Positions 57,604 to 64,000 of a stretch of DNA of 64,000 nt are shown one piece after another; positions within the stretch are counted from its first letter, which is position 1; the number at the start of each line of letters is the position of its first letter. The stretch comes from a bacterium (GTDB lineage Bacteria; Zixibacteria; MSB-5A5; WJJR01). Position numbers and translations under genes: made by a program. Location of the stretch: positions 10,059-74,058 of the forward strand of contig JAKAKI010000034.1 in NCBI GenBank assembly GCA_021813505.1, given 5' to 3'. Below the pieces are notes generated by a model that was not told the DNA's origin, searched no databases, and saw only the letters and a program-made list of their open reading frames with translations.

Positions 57604-57812
57604 CGGTCATTCCCTTTCACAATCAACCATGGTGACGGCCAATCTGGGAGACTCCCCGACCGGCCGGGAAAACAAGCCGACAATATACCACATCTTCCTT
57701 TTCGGTCAACCGGTTAAATGCTTTGCCAGACAATCTGAGTAGACGCCCAGACGCCCCCAAAAAGGTCTGCTGGTCTTGACTGAGACGCCGAATCTCGGTA
57801 AGCTTGGGCCAG

Positions 57813-57886
57813 GGCGGTGTAGCTCAGCTGGTCAGAGCAGCGGAATCATAATCCGCGTGTCCGGGGTTCGAATCCCTGCACCGCTA
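57813..57886 (+). tRNA. tRNA-Met (anticodon CAT), elongator-type; tRNA-Ile2 (lysidine) cannot be excluded
   Basis: GGCGGTG-TA-GCTC AGCTGGTCA GAGC-A-GCGGA ATCATAA TCCGC-GTGTC-CGGGG TTCGAAT CCCTG-CACCGCT-A. It has a G1-U72-type acceptor stem rather than the initiator C1:A72. CCA is not encoded. Confidence 0.8.
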
Positions 57887-57942
57887 CTTGCCCGAGTGGA
57901 ACCAATCAAGAACCCTGGAGCTTCCGGGGAAGTCAGTCATCT

Positions 57943-59616
57943 ATGCACCGAAAACTGCCAGTAGTCCTGCTTTGGGCGGCAATTCAAAGCCTCAGCGCCG
58001 ATGCAGCTACGCCTCAGGCTGACCTCATAATCCAAGGAGCTCACGTATTCACCGCCGATCCCGCCCGACCGGTCGCCGAAGCGGTTGCGGTACTTCAGGG
58101 CCGCATTCTTTATGCCGGATCCGAAGACAGTGCCTCGACCTTCGCAGGGCCTGCCACGCAGACTCTGAAGTTGAATGGCGGGCTTGTCCTCCCGGGGCTG
58201 ATCGACGCCCACTGCCATCTCGTAAATCTCGGCAAGTCCCTATCGGAATTGGACTTGAAGGGAATTCGCTCGCCCAGGGAAGTCCTCTCCAAGGTGCAGG
58301 ATAAACAGCGCACAACCCCCAAGGGAAGCTGGATTCAAGGGCGCGGCTGGGACCAGAATATCTGGCCCACAAAGCGATTTCCAACCGCAAGCGATCTGGA
58401 AGGAACCGATGACAATCCCGTGTACCTCGGGCGCGTCGACGGGCACGCGGCGTGGGTCAATCAGGCCGCAATGGCACTCTGCGGAATCACGCGCGATACG
58501 CCCGATCCCGATGGTGGCCGAATCATCCGCGACTCATCCGGATCACCAACGGGAGTGTTCGTTGATAACGCCGAAGACCTGATTGTCTCTCATATCCCCC
58601 CACCCCCATTCGACGAGCAGCTCTCGCGGGCGAAGTTGGCGATTAAGGAGTGCAACCGATTTGGCCTCGTGGGCATCCATGATGCCGGTGTCGATTCCAG
58701 CACGCTCGAGGTCTACCGGCAGCTCTATCGTGACTCACTTTTGACCCTCCGCGTCTATGCCATGCTGAGTCCGGTCGACACCGGCTTCTTCTCTCGTCAG
58801 GTCGAGAAGGGCCCGAGTGTGGAGGCCGATGGACATTTGGTCATCGGGGCCGTGAAGTTCTACGCCGATGGCGCACTCGGATCACGAGGTGCCGCGTTGC
58901 TGGAACCGTACAGCGATGATCCCGGCAACAAGGGACTTCTGGTCAGTAAACCTGAGTATCTGTACGACATGACCCGCCGGGCACTCGGCCGGGGATTTCA
59001 AGTGTGCACGCACGCGATCGGCGATGCCGGGGTCCACACGGTTCTCGATGTTTATGAGAAGGCACTCCGCGAGTCCTCTCCACCCGATCCGCGATTGCGG
59101 ATCGAGCATACGCAGGTGGTCGCCCCGGACGACATACCGCGCTTCGCCAAACTGGGCGTCATTCCCGCCATGCAGCCCACGCATGCCACTTCAGACATGG
59201 GATGGGCCGAGGCACGTCTCGGCCCGGAGCGTGTCAAAGGCGCCTACGCCTGGCGGACGCTCTTGAAAGCCGGGTGCCGGATACCCTTTGGCTCCGACTT
59301 CCCGGTCGAGTCACCGAACCCGCTTTGGGGCTTCTATGCCGCGGTGACGCGGCAGGATCATGACGGGAAACCAGCCGGGGGTTGGCAACCGGACGAGCGA
59401 TTGACCATCTACCAGGCCATCAGGGGATTCACGCTCGATGCAGCGTATGCGGAATTCGCTGATTGGATGCGTGGTTCTATTGAGATGGGCAAAGCCGCTG
59501 ATTTTACGATTTTGGACAAGGACATTTGCATGATGCCGCCGGACAGTATTCTGGCAACGCGTGTGGCCTATACCATCCTCGCCGGCAAGATCGTTTATTC
59601 TGCGCAAGCCAAATGA
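57943..59616 (+). CDS. Amidohydrolase-family metal-dependent hydrolase (Amidohydro_3/YtcJ-like), secreted
   Basis: N-terminal signal peptide. The metal-binding motif PGLIDAHCHL and a later ...VCTHAIGDAG... histidine motif are present. The protein is 557 aa. Confidence 0.8.
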   Translation: MHRKLPVVLLWAAIQSLSADAATPQADLIIQGAHVFTADPARPVAEAVAVLQGRILYAGSEDSASTFAGPATQTLKLNGGLVLPGLIDAHCHLVNLGKSLSELDLKGIRSPREVLSKVQDKQRTTPKGSWIQGRGWDQNIWPTKRFPTASDLEGTDDNPVYLGRVDGHAAWVNQAAMALCGITRDTPDPDGGRIIRDSSGSPTGVFVDNAEDLIVSHIPPPPFDEQLSRAKLAIKECNRFGLVGIHDAGVDSSTLEVYRQLYRDSLLTLRVYAMLSPVDTGFFSRQVEKGPSVEADGHLVIGAVKFYADGALGSRGAALLEPYSDDPGNKGLLVSKPEYLYDMTRRALGRGFQVCTHAIGDAGVHTVLDVYEKALRESSPPDPRLRIEHTQVVAPDDIPRFAKLGVIPAMQPTHATSDMGWAEARLGPERVKGAYAWRTLLKAGCRIPFGSDFPVESPNPLWGFYAAVTRQDHDGKPAGGWQPDERLTIYQAIRGFTLDAAYAEFADWMRGSIEMGKAADFTILDKDICMMPPDSILATRVAYTILAGKIVYSAQAK

Positions 59617-59710
59617 TCCACCAATCGTGCCGCTCGCACTCGCACCCGTGTTGACCTGAGGCTTGAAATCGCCATATTGCCAATGCACGAGTTGACGCAG
59701 GAGGCTGGCA

Positions 59711-60997
59711 ATGCGCAGGTTGAGATGGCTGGTACTGCTGACAGTGGTAATCAGCGGCTGCTCCGACAAAACGATAATCAACAACAACTACTACTCGTTT
59801 ACGGCCGGTGCGATCGCCGGGCGCGTCGTGCCGGGGGACCCGGGAACGCTGGTGATGACCAGCGACAGCGTTCGGGTCAAGCAGGTCGATCCGAGTGGAT
59901 ACTTTGTCCTGGATTCGCTGCCGACCGGCGTCTACGGCATCGTCGTCATACCGGTCAACTACTCACGCCGGGAGATTTCCAATCTGACCGTTGCCGCCGG
60001 ACAGATCCTGTCCATTGGCGATGTAGCCCTGTCGAACTTCCCGTACCCGTTCTACCAGAGTGCGCCGGAAGACGGCCGGGATTCGGTCCGGTTGAGCACC
60101 AGTATCAGCCTGTACGCCGATGAGCGCGTCATTCTCGATGACCTGGCGAGTTCGGCGACAATAACCCCCGAGCTAAATGGGGAGTGGAGCGAGCGATCGT
60201 GGGCATCGAAAACGTACGGAGGCTCGCAGTACATGTTTTATCCGACGGAACGGTTGCGACTCGCAACCGATTACACGGTCAGAATTCCAGCGTCGGTGCA
60301 CTTGGCCGGCGGAGGGACACTGGCGAGCGATCTTGTCCTGCACTTCACGACGGAGCCGTTGATCCTGAAGCTCAGGAGCTTTCCATCGGGTATCAACGGC
60401 GGCGTTCCCTTGATGGAATTCAGCCCGTCGTTGTCATTCAATGTGGTCATCGATGAAGATTCATTGACGAAAGCGGTGAGATTTGTACCGGCCATCCAGG
60501 GTTTGTGGCTGCAAACGGCCAAAGGATCGAGTGGCGGACAGTATTCATTCATGGCGACCGGCACGGATCCATTGTTACCGGAGACCAACTACCTGATGAT
60601 CATCAGCGGTACTGTTCCACTTGATGGACCTCGAACCCTACCGCAAACGGATACCGTTCGCTTCACGACCGAACCCAGCGGCGTGATTCAGTCATATCCT
60701 CAGAACGGCGCACGAATGCACTGCACCGTTTGTTCAATCTCGCTGGTGTTCAATGCCCCGATGGATACGGCATCGGTCCGCGCGGCATTCAGTCTGGGCC
60801 TGTTCGCCACCGACTCGCTGATTCCCGGAACCATCACCTGGTACAGCAGCCCGCGACAAATGCAATTCAGCCCTCAGGGTGCGTTGATACCGGGCACGGT
60901 CTACACTTACAGGCTCGCACGGTCGGCCCAAACGACCTCGGGACACACCATGTCGCAGGACTACTCGGCGTCGTTTTTGGTCGAGGAGATGCAGTAG
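59711..60997 (+). CDS. Lipoprotein with N-terminal carboxypeptidase-regulatory-like domain and Ig-like (SbsA/Big) domains
   Basis: Lipobox LTVVISGC. GRVVPGDPGTLVMTSDSVRVKQVDPSGYFVLDSLPTGVYGIVV is a CarbopepD_reg-like beta-sandwich. The repeated beta-rich segments are compatible with Ig-like folds. Confidence 0.55.
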   Translation: MRRLRWLVLLTVVISGCSDKTIINNNYYSFTAGAIAGRVVPGDPGTLVMTSDSVRVKQVDPSGYFVLDSLPTGVYGIVVIPVNYSRREISNLTVAAGQILSIGDVALSNFPYPFYQSAPEDGRDSVRLSTSISLYADERVILDDLASSATITPELNGEWSERSWASKTYGGSQYMFYPTERLRLATDYTVRIPASVHLAGGGTLASDLVLHFTTEPLILKLRSFPSGINGGVPLMEFSPSLSFNVVIDEDSLTKAVRFVPAIQGLWLQTAKGSSGGQYSFMATGTDPLLPETNYLMIISGTVPLDGPRTLPQTDTVRFTTEPSGVIQSYPQNGARMHCTVCSISLVFNAPMDTASVRAAFSLGLFATDSLIPGTITWYSSPRQMQFSPQGALIPGTVYTYRLARSAQTTSGHTMSQDYSASFLVEEMQ

Positions 60998-61003
60998 GAT
61001 CGA

Positions 61004-62059
61004 TCAGCAGATTCGCGGCAATTGCTCGCCACTTTGCATATCAACAACACGGTCCACGCCAATCCGTGTGGTCATCGTGACCCGGCCGGAAGGACTGTCT
61101 TTCACCCCGCCGATGAGAACCGCGCCTTCGCCCGGCGAAACCGACCTCATCAATTGCAGAGCCGCCGCCGCTTGCGCGCGTGGGAGGAAGCAGACCATGC
61201 GGCCTTCGTTCGCCACATAGAGCGGATCAAATCCCAATAACTCACAGGCACCCTGGACTTGTTCGTTGACTGGCAGTGCCGATTCATCGATGCGAATTGA
61301 GAGGCGGGATGTCTGGGCGATCTCGACAAGCGCGCTGGCCAATCCGCCACGTGTTAGATCACGCAGGCAATGAATCTCCATTCCGGCATCCAAAAGGTGT
61401 TTCACCAATCCGCCGAGCGGGGCACAGTCGCTTTCGATCGCTGTCTCGAACGCGATTCCCTCACGTGCGGCCATCACGGCGATACCGTGGCGGCCGATGT
61501 CACCGCTGAGGAGAATCGCATCCCCCGGGCGGACGCTCGCGGGAGCAATCACCAGACTGTGTTCGATCACGCCGATTCCGGCGGTGTTTACGAAGATTCC
61601 GTCGCCCTTTCCCCGATCGACGACTTTCGTATCCCCCGTAACGATCCTGACACCAGCCCGCTCGGCCGCGTGGCGCATTGATTGCGCAATTCGCCACAGT
61701 GACTCGGTTGGGAATCCCTCCTCGATGATGAATCCGGCGCTCAGGTACAACGGCCGCGCACCGCTCATCGCCAAGTCGTTCACCGTGCCGTTGACCGAGA
61801 GAGTTCCGATATCCCCGCCGGGAAAGAAGAGCGGCTTGACTACGTACGAATCAGTCGTGAACGCCAGGCGGCAGGTGCCGGCTTCGAATACCGCAGAATC
61901 ATGGCGTGTGGCAAGCAGCGGATTATCGAAACTGGCGACAAACACCTTTTCGATCAATTGCTGCATCAGCCGTCCGCCTCCCCCGTGCGCCATCATCACA
62001 TGCGGGTAGTCGGCAATTGGCAGTGGGCACGAAGCGTGGATTTCGGTGTCAGGTGTCAT
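61004..62059 (-). CDS. hypE: Hydrogenase maturation factor HypE
   Basis: AIR-synthase-related fold. The N-terminal ...[18 protein letters not shown]... is the HypE signature. The protein is 351 aa. Confidence 0.88.
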   Translation of the reverse strand: MTPDTEIHASCPLPIADYPHVMMAHGGGGRLMQQLIEKVFVASFDNPLLATRHDSAVFEAGTCRLAFTTDSYVVKPLFFPGGDIGTLSVNGTVNDLAMSGARPLYLSAGFIIEEGFPTESLWRIAQSMRHAAERAGVRIVTGDTKVVDRGKGDGIFVNTAGIGVIEHSLVIAPASVRPGDAILLSGDIGRHGIAVMAAREGIAFETAIESDCAPLGGLVKHLLDAGMEIHCLRDLTRGGLASALVEIAQTSRLSIRIDESALPVNEQVQGACELLGFDPLYVANEGRMVCFLPRAQAAAALQLMRSVSPGEGAVLIGGVKDSPSGRVTMTTRIGVDRVVDMQSGEQLPRIC

Positions 62060-62099
62060 GGGTCACTCTCGCCTTCTCAACAGGGACCGCTGCGGCCAT

Positions 62100-63185
62100 T
62101 CAATCGCGCCGATACCGGAAGTAGGCCGCGCAGGCGCCCTCGGAGGAGACCATGGTCGCCCCCAGTGGATGCTCCGGCGTGCAGCGCGTGCCGAAGGCCG
62201 CGCATTCGTTGGGCTTCAGAATCCCTTGAAGAATCAGTCCGCTTTGGCACTCCGCGGGTTCTTCGACGACCTGGCCTGCCAAGCCGAACCGTGACTCGGC
62301 GTCGAACGGTGCGTACGGCGCCGTGAGCCGCAGGCCGCTGGCGGGAATCTCGCCGATGCCGCGCCAGCGGCGAGGCCCAATTTCGAATACCTCACGGATC
62401 AGCTCCTGCGCCGGACGATTCCCCTCACGGCGGACAGCGCGGGTATACTGATTCTCGACGTCGGCGCGCCCCTCCTCCAATTGCTTCACGCACATCATGA
62501 TTCCCTGGAGAATGTCCAACGGCTCAAAGCCGGTGACCACAATCGGGATATGATACCTGGCGGCGATCGGTTCGTATTCAGTGTAACCCATGACTGTGCA
62601 GACGTGGCCCGCCGCGAGGAATCCCTGCACGCGATTGTTCGGTGACGAAAGGATCGCCTCGATGGCGGGCGGCACCAGTACATGCGAGACGAGCAGGAAG
62701 AAGTTTGAGACGCCTTCGCGTTTGGCCTGATGCACCGCCATGGCGTTGGCTGGAGCAGTTGTTTCGAACCCGACCGCAAAGAAGACGACCCGCCGGTCGG
62801 GATTGGCGCGCGCGATTTTGAGGGCGTCCATCGGCGAGTAGACAATCCGGACATCGCCGCCGGTTGCCTTCACGCTGAGCAGGTCCCGGTCAAGACCTGG
62901 AACACGCAACATGTCTCCGAACGAACAGAAGATGACCCCGTCGGTCGATGCGATCTGCAAGGCCTTTTCAATCAGCTCGAGTGGGGTCACGCAGACAGGG
63001 CAGCCGGGACCATGGACCAAAGTCAGGCCCGCGGGCAGCAGCTCGTCGATCCCATAGCGCACGATCGCATGGGTCTGCCCGCCGCACACCTCCATAAGCG
63101 TCCAAGGTTTCGTGACAAGCTCCGCCAGCGCGGCGGCGTAGCGGCGTGCGCTTGCGGCGTCACGGTACTCATCGATGAACTTCAC
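62100..63185 (-). CDS. hypD: Hydrogenase maturation factor HypD
   Basis: MKFIDEYRD..., [13 protein letters not shown] and CxxC-containing HypD motifs. The protein is 361 aa. Confidence 0.9.
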   Translation of the reverse strand: MKFIDEYRDAASARRYAAALAELVTKPWTLMEVCGGQTHAIVRYGIDELLPAGLTLVHGPGCPVCVTPLELIEKALQIASTDGVIFCSFGDMLRVPGLDRDLLSVKATGGDVRIVYSPMDALKIARANPDRRVVFFAVGFETTAPANAMAVHQAKREGVSNFFLLVSHVLVPPAIEAILSSPNNRVQGFLAAGHVCTVMGYTEYEPIAARYHIPIVVTGFEPLDILQGIMMCVKQLEEGRADVENQYTRAVRREGNRPAQELIREVFEIGPRRWRGIGEIPASGLRLTAPYAPFDAESRFGLAGQVVEEPAECQSGLILQGILKPNECAAFGTRCTPEHPLGATMVSSEGACAAYFRYRRD

Positions 63186-63454
63186 GGATGTTCTCCGGAT
63201 GCCGCATCTTCGGTACCAAGGCCGTCCAGTTCACCAATCTCACGGAGGTACTCGAACACCTTTCCCGCTTCGCTTTCGTCCAGTGTACTGATCGCGAATC
63301 CCACGTGCACGATCACATAGTCGCCGACATTCGCCTCGGGCACATACGCCAGATTGATCTCTTTCACGATTCCGCCGAAGCTGACGCGACCGGTGCGGGT
63401 GAGCGGATCATCGCCGGATACACTTTCGATCTTCCCCGGAATTGCCAGGCACAT
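63182..63454 (-). CDS. hypC: Hydrogenase maturation factor HypC
   Basis: It starts MCLAIPGKI (the HypC signature N-terminus). The protein is 90 aa. It overlaps hypD by 4 bp. Confidence 0.85.
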   Translation of the reverse strand: MCLAIPGKIESVSGDDPLTRTGRVSFGGIVKEINLAYVPEANVGDYVIVHVGFAISTLDESEAGKVFEYLREIGELDGLGTEDAASGEHP

Positions 63455-63457
63455 GAA

Positions 63458-64000
63458 TCACTTCCCTTTCGAAAGTTCTCTGGTGGCGGCGAAGATCTGG
63501 CCGAGCGAGATGCCGCCGTCGTTCGGCGGAACTCGCTGGTGCCAGAAGGGTGTGAAGCCGGCATCACGCAACCGTCCCACCGTCCGTTCGCTCAGATATC
63601 GATTTTGGAAGCAACCGCCACTTATTGCGACCGATGGCAGTCCGATCCGTTGGGCGAGAGCGACAACACTCTCTGCCAGGGCATTGTGGAACCTCAGCGA
63701 AACCACCGAGGTGGCGGCTCCGCTGCCCACGTCTCGCATGACTTCTGAAACCAGGGATTCCCAGTCCACAACGATTGGTGACTCATCACTTTGCAATTCG
63801 ATTGGATAGGCAGAGTCGCCACTGGCATCCTCCAGCGCGAACTCCAGCTCCATCGCGGCCTGGCCCTCGATCCGCGAGATCATTCTGAGCCCCGTGAGGG
63901 CTGCGATGGCGTCGAAGAGACGCCCAGCACTGGACGTACGCGGGCAATTCGTCCCGGCGCGCAGCATGGAATGGACTATGCCGAGTTCGGCATTGGTGAA
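63458..64000 (-). CDS. hypF: Carbamoyltransferase HypF, C-terminal part (gene continues beyond the window end)
   Basis: The C-terminal ...FWHQRVPPNDGGISLGQIFAA... matches the HypF YrdC/Kae1-like C-terminus. The track ORF start at 63967 is probably an internal Met because the N-terminal acylphosphatase and Zn-finger domains are missing. Confidence 0.75.
   Translation of the reverse strand, partial: FTNAELGIVHSMLRAGTNCPRTSSAGRLFDAIAALTGLRMISRIEGQAAMELEFALEDASGDSAYPIELQSDESPIVVDWESLVSEVMRDVGSGAATSVVSLRFHNALAESVVALAQRIGLPSVAISGGCFQNRYLSERTVGRLRDAGFTPFWHQRVPPNDGGISLGQIFAATRELSKGK

Overview
This 64-kb window is a high-GC chromosomal segment (roughly 60–65% GC by eye) in which almost every gene lies on the minus strand. 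The centrepiece is a complete, canonical type VI secretion system (T6SS-i) locus at about 13.2–34.1 kb: an unknown coiled-coil gene, then tssJ-tssK-tssL-tssM-tagF-tssA-tssB-tssC-hcp-tssE-tssF-tssG-clpV-vgrG. Directly downstream is a cargo module (6.1–13.1 kb) made of a DUF2169 adaptor, a PAAR-like (DUF4150)/TM/Rhs effector with an atypical C-terminal end, and two translationally coupled small genes. These are a HEAT-like protein with a zinc ribbon (candidate immunity protein) and a YkgJ-family Cys-cluster protein. A tRNA-Ser(CGA) sits just upstream of the locus, and a perfect 17-bp palindromic operator-like site lies between that tRNA and the first gene. Further downstream are a bona fide motA/motB stator operon, a low-GC islet, two tandemly duplicated beta-propeller lipoprotein genes, and an unlisted edge ORF. 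On the other side of the T6SS are a lipoprotein, a membrane protein, tadA, an ABC-2 transporter, two GWxTD-domain paralogs, a tripartite ABC exporter (TolC–HlyD–ATPase–two FtsX permeases), a Yip1-like protein and a GT39-like membrane protein. These are followed by a DUF4175/DUF4159 pair, a cupin, secD/secF, tRNA-Met(CAT), an amidohydrolase, an Ig-like lipoprotein and the hydrogenase maturation genes hypF(partial)-hypC-hypD-hypE. Non-coding structure worth noting includes a REP-like palindromic repeat family present in two copies (5.9 kb and 48.3 kb), two tandem GC-rich hairpins sharing a CACGGACAAG motif (49.7 kb) and a palindrome between tssC and hcp. No CRISPR array, integrase or transposase is visible. 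All functional calls rest on motif and architecture recognition by eye; I ran no searches.
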